Shown: one piece after another, positions 27,458-39,060 of the stretch
How the letters are laid out: each line of letters begins with the position of its first letter
How positions within the stretch are numbered: the stretch's first letter is position 1
From: Octopus sinensis
Lineage: Eukaryota
Direction of reading: 5' to 3'
Assembly: GCF_006345805.1 (NCBI RefSeq)
Contig: NC_043003.1
Coordinates: 31,000,001 to 31,064,000 of the forward strand
Length of the DNA: 64,000 nucleotides
Made by a program: the position numbers and the translations under genes
Notes under the pieces: generated by a model
Seen by the model: only the letters and a program-made list of their open reading frames with translations
Databases searched by the model: none
What the model was told of the DNA's origin: nothing

Positions 27458-28472
27458 CATCATCATATCATCATTTAGCGTCCGTTTTCCATGCTAGCAT
27501 GGGTTGGACGGTTCTACTGGGGTCTGTGAAGCCAGAAGGCTTCATCAGGCCCAGTCAAATCTGGCAGTGTTTCTACGGCTGGATGCCCTTCCTAATGCCA
27601 ACCACTCCGTGAGTGTAGTGGGTGCTTTTTACGTGCCACCCGCACTGGTGCCAGACAGAGCTGGCAAACGGCCACGAACGGATGGTGCTTTTTATGTGCC
27701 ACTGGCACGAGGGCCAGGCGAGGCTGGCAACGGACACGAAACGGGGCGGTGCTGGCAACGGTCGCGAAATGGAAAGTTCTCTTACATGCCACCGGCACTG
27801 GTAACACATCTGCAATTTCCATTGATCGATTTCCATTGATCGATTTCGATTCTGATCCTCACTTGCCTCAATGGGTCTTCACAAGCAGAGTTTCGACATG
27901 CCACCGGCACTGGTAGCACATCCGCAATTTCCATTGATCGATTTCGATTCTGATCCTCACTTGCCTCAACACGTCTTCACAAGTAGAGTTTTGTGTCCCA
28001 AGAAGGGAAGGTATGCATATGTAGGCTGGCTCCATCCATGTAGAAGGCCACGGTTGTGGACTCACTTGTCCTGCCGGGTCTTCTCTCGCACAGCACACTT
28101 CCAGAGGTCTCGGTTTCTAGTCATTTCCTCAGTGAGACCTAAAGTTCGAAGGTCGTGCTTCACCACCTCGTCCCAGGTTTTCCTGGGTCTGCCTCTTCCA
28201 CAGGTTCCCTCAACCGCTAGGGTGTGGCACTTTTTCACACAACTATCTTCATCCATTCTCGCCACATGACCATACCAGCGCAAACGTCTCTCTTGCAACC
28301 ACAACTGATGCTTCTTAGGTCCAGCTTTTCTCTCAAGGTACTTACACTCTGCCGAGTGTGAGTACCGGCATTACACATCCATCGGAGCATACTGGCTTCA
28401 TTTCTAGCGAGCTTACGCATATCCTCAGCAGTCACGGCCCATGTTTCACTGCATGTAGCATGGCTGTTCGTA
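27458..28472 (-). mobile_element. 5'-truncated RTE LINE (C-terminal ORF and 3' UTR)
   Basis: [25 protein letters not shown]...[23 protein letters not shown]...GRGRPRKTWDEVVKHDL; (CAT)n tail at 27458. Confidence 0.9.
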
Positions 28473-28509
28473 CACATATATATATATATATTATAATATA
28501 TATATATAT

Positions 28510-28726
<217 letters not shown>

Positions 28727-30024
28727 ATACACACACACACATATATATATATATTATACACACCACATATACATATATATATATATACACACACACATAC
28801 ATATATATATATATATTATATATATAACACACATACATATATATATATATATATTATACACCACACATACATATATACATATATATATATATACACACAC
28901 ATATATATATACATATATATATATATACACACATACATATATATATATGAGCATTCTTGTGTGTGTATGTGCATATATTTTAAGTGTGTTTATGACTTGT
29001 GCACAAGTATATCTCATGTACATACACACAGACACACAAATATATAGTACTTTATGAGATGTTTCTTGTGAATTAAATGGAGATTGAGTTAACAGCTATG
29101 ATTACAGTTCTCTTTTGTTTCTATTCAAAAAAAGATATCAGGACCAGATTATCATCTTTGATCCTTTTCTAATTCAATGGTTCTTGGAGATTTTATCATT
29201 TCCACCTCCATTGCTTCTCCACAATACTGATGCATCAATTACTTTCCCCACTACAATAAACCTTTTTCATGCATCAAGGTGGCTCTCTTTCATCTTGCAA
29301 GCTGCAACGCAACCCCACTAATTTGATATCTGCCCTGCCCCTCCAATAGCACTTAAGAAGTTGGTAAATTGAATTGAGTATTAACAATGCATAACTTAAA
29401 GGGATTCTTTTGTCTTTCCAGTAGCAAGGCAAGGCAATCTCTCTAATAGTGAGGCCACAGGAAGAAAACAAAAGCACCCAGTAAACTCTATAAATCAGTT
29501 GGTGTTAAGAAGTGACCCCATGTGTAGAAACCATAAAAACTGTTGAAGAAAGATATAAATGGATGATAATATCAATAATAGGTATAGGCATATCCGTGTG
29601 GTTTAGAAATTTGCTTTGGAACAACTGTGGTTCAAGGTTCATTCCTACTATCAACTGCTGTCTTCTAGTTTAGCTGTGACTTGACCAGTGCCTTTTGGTT
29701 GAAATTTTGTAACAGAAACTGGAAGTTCGTGTGTGTGTGTGTGTGTGCATATGTGAGTGAGCATACTTCTTGTCTTGACATTATGCCTCTTTGCTTGGCA
29801 TATGCATGTCAATTATAAACAAAGCATCACTGTTCATACAAATGAGGTTATTTATTTACAATCCTCCATGAGAGCATGCCTGAGTTGTTCAATAGATGGG
29901 AAGAAATATTACTTTGCTTGGAAAAAACTTTGGATTGATGACAGGAAGAGCATCTGCTTGAACAAAGTTTTGTCTGCCTCATGTAAAGAGAAAAGAGGGG
30001 ATTAAAATGATAATGGTGATGATA

Positions 30025-30056
<32 letters not shown>

Positions 30057-30060
30057 CAAA

Positions 30061-30414
30061 GCAAACAAGTAACAAGAATGTCAAAGTATTAATGCAATAC
30101 AGCCATTTCAGGTGGCTTCATCTACTCAAAACACGCAAGCATTACATCTATTTGAAATACAGCACCATCTTCAGTTACAAAATATAAATTTTCAGCAGTC
30201 AGGAATTCTCCATGCTGGAATTCTCTCCTTCGCTCTGATGAAATATTTGCTAAAAATTATAATTGAATATCCTGACTGTTGAAAATTTCTGTTTTGCAAC
30301 TGAAGAAGATGCTGTATTTCAAACTGATGTAATGCTTGCATTGTTCGATTAAATGGAGCCACCGGAAATGGTCATATTGCCTTAATACCTTGACATCCTT
30401 TGTTACTTATTTGC
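30061..30414. mobile_element. Foldback/MITE-like palindromic element, ~150-bp arms with ~55-bp spacer
   Basis: Left 'gcaaacaagtaacaagaatgtcaaagtattaatgcaatacagccatttcaggtggc...' matches the reverse complement of right '...gccaccggaaatggtcatattgccttaataccttgacatcctttgttacttatttgc'. Confidence 0.8.
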
Positions 30415-30629
30415 CTTTTATTCACCTTACTTTGAGCCTTGTGAATAATACCAGACTAGCTTGGTGCATCAACTTATGTACCTTATTCAACTGAATCTTA
30501 ATTATTTCTAAATATATATGTATGTGTGTGTAATGGTGCTATTTGTAAAAGGGCCTCTTGTATTTAACAAAAAAAGTTTTTGAAAGAAAAATTGTATATT
30601 TAGCAGTGTTCTGTTATGGTAATTTTTAA

Positions 30630-30851
30630 TCTTTTGATACCAACTCCCTTGAAACTGTTCCTGATCCTCTAATACAAACTTCATGATTTTAAGTGATCTA
30701 AATTAAAATCTTCCAGACAAAATTTCATGTTAATTTATGATCCAAACACCAGCTAAATACTGACAAACTTCTTTTACTAAATTCTTCATTATTTTCAAAA
30801 TTGATGGAAACAAAGGCAGCATATTTCAAGAGGAATTTAGTAATAAAAGAG
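30630..30851. mobile_element. piggyBac-like MITE, second family
   Basis: TTAA at 30626-30629 and 30852-30855; imperfect TIR tcttttgatac / gtaataaaagag. Confidence 0.65.
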
Positions 30852-31172
30852 TTAAATATTCATAATACTTGAAGTGTTGTTGTGCTGCTTAGAACAACTT
30901 GATTTGGTTGTAGTATGTTTGAGTAAAGTTACTCTGGTTGAGGGGTCTTCTTGAGAAATTTGGCTAGACAACAAGGCTGCATGCTGGAAGTGTGTAGATG
31001 TGGGATTTTGAGAGAAATCTAGCAGAGAGTCTTGAGCCCTCCTTAACTTTCCAAATCATTTTTTGTCTCTCTGGGTCCTAGTTAAACTCCTCCTTTTAGG
31101 TCCTACCTGTTCAACAGAATCTTGTCTCCAATCTGTGACACTGGCACAAAAGTTGTTTATATATTTGTAATT

Positions 31173-32265
31173 CATCATCATCATCGTTTAACGTCTGTTT
31201 TCCGTGCTGGCATGGGTTGGATGGTTCGACTGGAGTCTGGGAAGCCAGGCGGCTGCACCAGGCTCCATTCTGATCTGGCAGCGTTTCTACAGCTGGATGC
31301 CTTTCTTAATGCCAACCACTCCATGAGTGTAGTGGGTGCTCTTTATGTGCCACTGGCACAGTGGCCAGAGGAGGCTAGCAATGGCCATGATTGGCTGGTG
31401 CTTTTTACGTGCCACTGGCACGGAATCCAGTCAAGGTGGCGCTGGCATCGGCCACGTTCGGATGGTGCTTTTTACGCGCCACCGACACAGGTATCACAAC
31501 TACCATTTCCATTTGATTTTCATTTTGATGTTGACGTACTTGACTCAATAGATCTTCTCAAGCACAGCAGGTCACCCACAATCCAAGGTACTTTTGAATG
31601 GGCTGGGGCTGGTTATGTGAAACTGGTGTAAGATACAGCCGTGAACTCACTTTATTTGCCAGGTCTTTGCAGTCATAGCATATCTCCAGAGGTCTCGGTC
31701 TTTTGTCAATGCCTCTGTGAGGCCCAATGTTTGAAAGTCGTGCTTCACCACTTCATACCATGTCTTCCTGGGTCTACCTCTACACCGGATTCCTTCAACT
31801 GTTTGGGAGTGGCACTTCACACAGCTCTCTTCATCCATCTGTAGTACATGACCATACCAGCGCAAATGTCTCTCTTGCATACCACATCCAATGTTTCTTA
31901 TGTCTAACATTTCACTCAGGGTGCTTACACTCTGTTGTGTGTGCACACTGACATTACACATCCAGCGGATCATGCTAGCTTCATTTCTTTTGAGCCTACG
32001 CATGTCCTCCACAGTCACAGCCCATGTCTCACTACCGTGAAGCATTGCTGTTTGCACACATGCATCATACAGTCTACCTTTCACTCTGAGCGAGAGGCCC
32101 TTTGTCACCAGCAGGGGTAGAAGCTTTCTAAACTTTACCCAAGTTATTCTTATTCTAGTGGTAACACTCTCAGAGTATCCACCTCCACTACTAACTTGGT
32201 CACCTAGGTAGCTGAAGCTTTCAACTACTTCTAGTTTCTTCCCCTGGAGTGTGATGGAATCTGTT
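31173..32265 (-). mobile_element. 5'-truncated RTE LINE
   Basis: ORF 31647-32108 (KGLSLRVKGRLYDACVQTAMLHGSETWAV...RGRPRKTW), preceded by EVVESFSYLGD-like sequence; (CAT)n tail at 31173. Confidence 0.9.
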
Positions 32266-32569
32266 TTCTAATTGTACATTTGTTTTTGTATGAAAGAATA
32301 TATTTTATATTATGAAACATTCTATTAAAAAAAAATGCCCTCCACCTCTCTTCATTAAAAAGAAAAATCATAACAGAGTATTGTAAATTTTAGAGCTCTT
32401 TATAAATTATATATCTAGGTAGATAGATAGCTGCATGGGTACAAAGTTTGCTTTTGGGTCAATCCCACTACGTTGTTCCTTGGGCAATTCTCTTCTACTA
32501 TATACCAGGCTGAACAAAGCCTTGTTAGTGAATTTTGGGAGGTGGAGGCTGAAAGAAGCTCATATATTG

Positions 32570-32745
32570 TCATCATCATCATTTAACATCCATTCTTCAC
32601 TGGCATGGGTTGGACAGTTTGACAGGAGCTGGTCAGCTAGAGAGCTGCCTGGGTTCCATTTGTCTGTTTTTTGCATGGCTGGATGTCCTTCATAATTCCA
32701 ACCACTTTACTGAGTGTACTGGGTGCTTTTAACATGGCACTGGCA
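32570..32745 (-). mobile_element. Decayed RTE 3' tail fragment
   Basis: catcatcatcatttaac...gcatgggttggacagtttgac...ggctggatgtcc...ccaaccactttac. Confidence 0.7.
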
Positions 32746-33430
32746 TGTGTGTGTGTGTGTGTGTTTGTACCTCCTTGTCTGACATCGTGAAAGTTGTAAA
32801 CGAATGTCATACGAATAAGTCTTGTTTTTAATCTTTCATGAAACCATGCCTGGCCATAGGGAAATATTACCTTTCTTGAAAACTAATAAGGGTCGGAAAC
32901 AGGAAAGCCATCTGGCCATAGAAAGTCTGCCTCAGTGAATTCCTTCTGACCTACACGTGCTTGGGAAAGGGGACATTAAAATGATGATGATAATAAAGAT
33001 ACATATTTCTAATTGCTAATTATTTTCATATAATCCTTATGAGAAGTATAATTTTCAGATTTCTCTGATTCTTCTGAGTTTTGCAAAAGAAACAGTATCA
33101 GAAATCATTTAATATCAATGACATCCAGATTTAGATCTTAGTACAGCATGTTGGCACTCAGAGAATTTAGTACAAGAGTTGTCTTTAACAAAACTACTTA
33201 GAAAACCAGTAGCTGCTGTTTCTATAGTTACCAAACGTTGAGTCATCTAGTTAGGATTAAAGAGAATTTTTTTATATCAATTATGTTTTCAACTGGAAGT
33301 TTCCAAATCATTCATTCATTCATTCATTGTGTTTGCAAGACAGATAAATGTCAGTACTGACATAGTCTCAATGTGATTATTCAACCTTGCTAGAAATGGC
33401 AGCCTATATATATTTATATATATATATATG

Positions 33431-34308
33431 CGTGGTCTGATCAACAAGTATCTGGAATGTTGCTATAGTAACAAAGCTACGACACACAGAGTAAAGTCAC
33501 TTGGCACATACTGACTTTCAACTCTGCTGTGCATTAAGTTTTAATGTTCTAGTTCACTTCCACTGTTTACAGCAGTGCTTGGAAGGAAGGTGTGTAGTGT
33601 GTGATCATTGCATTGACTATGACAGAAAGTTGAACAGAGAATCTGCATCAAATTTTGCCTAAAGCTTGGCAATACCTGCTCAGAGGCTTATGCAAAGTTT
33701 CCAAAAAGTTTTCATCATTTTTGACACAATCAAGGAGATCTTGTACAACTGAAACCCCGAGTGTCTTTTTGGTCAACTGAAAGTAGTTTTGGCACAAATT
33801 TGGCAGACACGCATCTCATACCTAAATCTTCAATGATAATGGACTGAACTGAACCATAACTAATCTGCACAACTGATAACTCACTGATGGTGATTTGACG
33901 ATTTCCCATCACAGCTGCACGCACATCTGCGATGTTTTTCTCAGTTCTGCTTGTTGCTGGTCACCAATATTGACATTTTTTCAGCCATCTTGGAAACGTC
34001 TGAACCACCCGTACACTTGTGTGCAGTTCATACACTTCTCTCCATACTCTCTCTGCAACTTTGCATAGGCCCCTGAGCAGGTATCGCCTTCACAACTTTC
34101 TCTGTCATGGTCAGTGCAATGATCACATGCTACACACCTTCCTTCCAAGCACTGCTGTAAACAGTGGAAGTGAGCTAGGATGTTAAAACTTGGTGCGCAT
34201 GCATAGCAGAGTTTAAGGTCAATCTGTGCCAAGCAGCTTTACTCTGCATGCTTTAGCTTCTTTACTATGGCAACAGTCCAGGTACTTACTGATAAGATCA
34301 GGTGCATA
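33431..34308 (-). mobile_element. Non-autonomous mariner derivative with two copies of the 5' end forming ~260-bp inverted arms
   Basis: Minus-strand remnants CSGAYAKLQREYGEKCMNCTQVYGWFRRFQDG and ITISELS...GSVQSIIIEDLGMRCVSAKFVPKLL (mariner HTH and VP(K)LL linker); 33431-33690 is the inverted copy of 34060-34308. Confidence 0.85.
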
Positions 34309-34976
34309 ATATCTATGCATATATATATATATGCATATATAGATATTATGCACCTGATCTGATCAGTAAGTATATATATATATTAAATGGATTAATCAAG
34401 GGAAAAAAATGGCACCCATGACCTTTCTTGGCCTTCAGAGACTGCTCAGATGCAGGGGGTAAATTACTCTCAGACTGGAGATCTGCTCTAGATGTTTGCC
34501 ACAGAATGGGCTTACACTGAACATGCACAAGAATCAGGTGGTGATGTTAAACTGGTTGATAAATTTGCTCAATAGTATGGCACTGTGTGCCATCACAAGG
34601 TCTAGTCCTTATTGTGGTGTGCCTCAAAAGACCCTGACATCTGTGCCATTTGAGTACAAGCTCCTAAAAGGGCCTTCCAATTTTGGACAGATATAAGGAT
34701 TGAGTCCAGACGAATTTAGACACCTGTTCCCAGAAGTCAAAATGGATTTGTGTTGGACCAACACCTTTTACTTGTTTCAGTCATTAAACTGCGGCCATGC
34801 TGGGGCACTGCCTTGAAATTTTAGTCAAATGAATTGACTCCAGTACTTATTTTTTGTTAAGCCTGGCCCTTATTATAGTGGTCTCTTTTGCCAAACCACT
34901 AAGTTATGGGGCTGTAAAATCATCAACACTGGTTGTCACTCCTACCTTGAACAAAAAAAAAAGTTACAGAGGTGCA

Positions 34977-35143
34977 GGAGTGGCCATGTGGTAAGTAACT
35001 TGCTTACCAACCACATGGTTCTGGGTTCAGTCCCACTGTGTGGCACCTTGGACAAGTGTCTTCTACTATAGCTTCGGGCCGACCAAAGCCTTGTAAGTGG
35101 ATTTGGTAGATGGAAACTGAAAGAAGCCCGTCGTATATATGTA

Positions 35144-35174
<31 letters not shown>

Positions 35175-35402
35175 GTGTGTGTGTGTGTATGTTTGTGTGT
35201 CTGTGTTTATCCCCCAACATCGCTTGACAACTGGTGCTGGTGTGTTTATGTCCCCGTAACCTAGCGGTTTGGCAAAAGGGGCCGATAGAATAAGTACTAG
35301 GCTTACAAAGAATAAGTCCTGGGGTCGATTTCTTCAACTAAAGGCGGTGCTCCAGCATGGCCGCAGTCAAATGACTGAAACAAGTAAAAGAAAGTAAAGA
35401 GT
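34977..35402 (+). mobile_element. Full-length tRNA-derived SINE, family B (CORE-like centre); other fragments at ~34765-34940 (-) and ~40995-41480 (-)
   Basis: Head 'ggagtggccatgtggtaag...gggttcagtccc', centre 'ccttggacaagtgtcttctactatagc', tail 'gactgaaacaagtaaaaga'. Confidence 0.85.
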
Positions 35403-35408
35403 ATGCAT

Positions 35409-35627
35409 CCCTTTAGCATTTAAACCAGTCATATCCATTCCTGATATTCTACCCGTTCTATGTCTAAATTGGCCAGATCTGCCATCTCACCCCTCCCTAC
35501 AATGTCATTCTAAAAATAAACAGTCAGATCATCAAAATCTCCAAGCTTTGAAATAAGGTTTGATTAATCCAGATCGATGAAAATGAATAAGCTTTACATT
35601 TGACAGAGTAATCTGAATGCTAAAGGG
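35409..35627. mobile_element. piggyBac-like MITE (same family as 24244)
   Basis: ccctttagcatt ... aatgctaaaggg followed by TTAA. Confidence 0.75.
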
Positions 35628-35748
35628 TTAAAATTAACAAGATCAGCTAGAAGACCTCTCAGGGAAACGTGAGGTGGTACAGCAAAATCTGAAAGGAAGC
35701 TGCAAGGATCCAAGTGGAGAGAAGCAGTAAAGACATTCTAGAATCAAG

Positions 35749-36162
35749 GGATCTTTTCGGTTTGAATGGCAGTTTTTAACATAATTTCTAGGTAACTAAA
35801 AAATTTTAAACTTCGTATACTGGTAGAATGTGTTTATAAAACATCTTTTTCTCTTGGCTTTATTGAGAAAATTCTATAGTTTGTAAGATTTTTGTTGTTT
35901 TTTTTCTTCAATTTCTGCAATTTCAACCAATCAGTGAAGTGTATTGAGGTAAAAAACATTCTGTGCCCTATGAATATGTCCCTCGTTTAAGAAACAGATT
36001 GGGTTTATTTACATTTGTGAAGAAAAAAGATACCCTCCCCCACCCTAACCCTAACCCTAAAACAGATTGAAATGCAATAGATCGATACTAGGGTCATAAT
36101 TATGGGTGGCAATTTCATATGACACCGCTAGAAAAAAACTGCCGTTCAAACCGAGAAGATCT
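35749..36162. mobile_element. 414-bp MITE, ~28-bp TIR, 8-bp TSD (Merlin-like by GG termini)
   Basis: TIR ggatcttttcggtttgaatggcagttttt / aaaaactgccgttcaaaccgagaagatct; TSD GAATCAAG at 35741-35748 and 36163-36170. Confidence 0.9.
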
Positions 36163-37954
36163 GAATCAAGAACTGTGGCGAAAAGCTGTTGATGGCCTTC
36201 ACTTCTACAGGAAGTAAAAGGATTAAGTAAATAATGGAACAGTATGACTATAATTGATGGAATACCATTCCATGATTTTCTATTGAGAATAATAAGCTAC
36301 TAACACATTTCTCTTCTGTTTAAATATGACTCCTAGGCCTGAGGTGATTGTCATACATTAGGAAGATGAGATGTACATGAGGAATGTTTGAAGGATCTTG
36401 GGAATAGGAAGTTCGCTAGCGGTCCCCAGCCGCAAATATATCCCTGTTGGGAGAACATCTTGTTTGCCTTAGATTTTCCACAAATGCATGGACAGGACAG
36501 GCTGAAGCCGCCGGTTGACGGATCAGGCTCTTCTGTTCACCAGAGCCCCATTAGCCGGGTGTGGCCCTGATACTGCTGGGTGTCAGAACAATCCGCCTTG
36601 GGTGGCCCTACCAGAAACCGAAGTCTCCAACAGCATAGCTCTGACACTCCCGTTTCACCCCCTTACCACGATGAGGAGGGGTTGGACTTTAGGGGGTCAT
36701 TGGCCTCAAATCGCCAGGCCTGGTTGGCTTTGTGAGAGATGCAGCATTGAGGATGAATGAAGCCAGCTCAACCCACTCCAAGCCAATGCTGTCTCAAGAA
36801 CAAGAACAATATACATTAGGAGATGCAGGGGGTAAATTACTCTCAAACTGGAGATCTGCTCCAGATGCTTGCCACAGAATAGGCTTACACTGAACGCACA
36901 CAAGAATCAGGTGGTGATGTTAAACTGGTTGGTAAATTTGCTCAGTAGTATGGCACTGTGTTTTCATCTAATCCAGATTCTCTAGTCTGGAAATATCCTT
37001 TAATATTTTCTGTCTGTGAAAGGTGGCGTGCTGGCACAATTGTTAACACACTGGACAAAATGCTCAGCAGCATTTCATCTGTCTTTATTTTTTGAGTTCT
37101 AATTCTACCAATGTCGACTTTGCCTTTCATCCTTTTGAGGTCATTAAAATAAGCACCAGTTGAACTCTTCTCCCACAAAATTACCAGCCTTGTTCCAAAA
37201 TTTGAAATCAGTAGTTTTAGTCTGTGAAAGGCGGTGAACTAGCAGAATGGTTAGCACACCAGGAAAACTGCTTCATGGCATTTTGTCCGTCTTTACATTC
37301 TGAGTTCAAATTTTACTAAGGTCAGTTTTGCCTCTCATCCATTCAGGGTTGATGAAATAAGTACCAGCTGATTACTGGGGTTGATGTAAGCGACTTAAGC
37401 CCTTCCCTTGGAATTGCTGGCTTTGTGCTATAATTTGAAATCTATATTTTAGTCTGTGAGAATCTTTCAATTCAAAAGTGAAATGCAGTTGTTGCTGCTG
37501 CTGCTGTTGTTGTTGTTGTTGTTAAGCAACAAGACGGGTAAGGGTGATGGTCTAGGGCTTAGGGGCGGGAGACCCCGAACCTTGGAAAAAAAAACTTTGG
37601 TCATCTTGTTGTAGTCGAGGGCTCTTCGTTGACACCTGACACCACTGGGAGGTGGCCCTCGAAGTCGCTGGAAATGGAGATCTCCAGGTCCAAATTCTTG
37701 AACGTCTGCTGCTGTTGTTGTTTAGCCCAGGTCAGTTCTGAGTGAGCAAAAAGTCACTGCTCCTACAGATGGGGTCATTTGCTTACAATCCTCCATGAAA
37801 GCATAGTTGAGGTGTTTGTTATTTGATAGACTTGAATAAATATTACCTTGTTTGGAAACTGTTGAGGATTGATGACAGGAAGAACATCTGGCTACAGAAA
37901 AATTTACTTTAATAAAGCTTTGTTATTATTAAACTTTTACCAGGAAAGCGTTGA

Positions 37955-37996
37955 TAGTAACTTCGAAGTTTCGGCTTTCTTGCATTTGTCAGACTA
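37955..37996 (-). ncRNA. Degenerate type I hammerhead-like motif (Penelope type)
   Basis: Minus strand tagt CUGACAA a ugc aagaaa gcc GAAAC uucgaa GUU acua; stem I 4 bp, palindromic stem III, G8A and stem II mismatch. Confidence 0.4.
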
Positions 37997-38116
37997 AAAA
38001 GCATTGAGTTATCCTTCAACTTAAAACTTAAATTGTTTTTATGTATAATTGTTTTTATATATAATTGTTATATAATTGTTTTTTTATATTATATAAAAGC
38101 AAACATTGATATATGT

Positions 38117-38629
38117 CAGGGGTGGGGAAACCCATACCCGCGGGTGCAATTGTCCCCACAAACCCATTTTATATTGCTCGCAGGCTAATATACTCATATG
38201 TACAAAATACGGTAAATTTATACAATATTCATATGCCTATTTGTAACAGGTTGTGTTTCCACTACGACTTAAAATGGTTAGACTCGAACAGAAAATTGTC
38301 CGGTAATTGCCATTTGAATAGAAATTTTGTTTTCACTATAAAACACATATTGCTAGGTTTGTACTACCCCCTTGAGACCCAACTATGATCTAGCTGAAAA
38401 ACATAGAATTCCTCATAAGTAATATAAATGTCCTTAATTCAGTAGCAGTGTTAATGAAAATGTTATGTGTTAGTTGAATGTTTTAAACTTATCTTTATTA
38501 ATGTATATCGAATTATACATAGATATATACAAGGTCTTCACAGATATAAGACTTAGAACTTGTGATCCACCCATGGACTTTTTTCTTTGGAAATTTTGCC
38601 CGCTGCTCTAAGAAGTTTCCCCACCCCTG
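38117..38629. mobile_element. hAT (Charlie-like) MITE, 513 bp
   Basis: Perfect 15-bp TIR caggggtggggaaac / gtttccccacccctg; 8-bp TSD ATATATGT at 38109-38116 and 38630-38637. Confidence 0.92.
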
Positions 38630-38785
38630 ATATATGTGGATGGTGAATTGGCATTATCAATAAAGTGTCAGGAAAAAAAATGCTTTTTGGCATTTGTTCC
38701 ATCACTTTACATTGTGAGTTTTAAATTCTTTCAAAGTCAACTGTACAGTTCTATATTTAAGAGATGATGAATTATGTACTTTATA

Positions 38786-39060
38786 TACATTTGACGGATA
38801 TCTGTCCTCATCTTGTTTGTTGTTAACACAGCGTTTCGGCTGATAGAGTGTGGGCTACTAACCCCAAGATCCGAGTTTGATTCCAAGCAGTGACCTGAAC
38901 AATAATAATAATAATGATAATAATATCATCGAAAAATACCTTAGGAATGAGAACCCAGGTTCGAAATTTCCCAAAGACATCTGATGAAGGCTGGAGGGTA
39001 TATCAGCTGAAACGTTGTGTTAACAACAAATAAGATGAGGACAAATATCTGTCAAATGTA
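38786..39060 (+). mobile_element. Short element: inverted copy of its own 3' end, tRNA-like segment and Penelope-like hammerhead tail
   Basis: 59-bp inverted arms 38786-38844 / 39002-39060; tRNA-like 'gagtgtgggctactaaccccaagatccgagtttgattcc' at 38846-38884. Confidence 0.75.
38976..39021 (+). ncRNA. Minimal type I hammerhead ribozyme motif
   Basis: gacau CUGAUGA a ggcug gaggguauau cagcu GAAAC GUU guguu: stem I gacau/guguu, stem II ggcug/cagcu, palindromic ACGU stem III. Confidence 0.6.

Larger units (their letters stand above)
34448..36960 (+). repeat. Unclassified ~140-bp dispersed direct repeat at 34448-34587 and 36821-36960
   Basis: 'agatgcagggggtaaattactctca(g/a)actggagatctgctc...gtatggcactgtg' present twice with few differences. 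Confidence 0.75.

Noticed and set aside
36043-36062. Telomere or chromosome-end signal
   Set aside because: Only 2-3 CCCTAA units, internal to a MITE; reported with that element instead.
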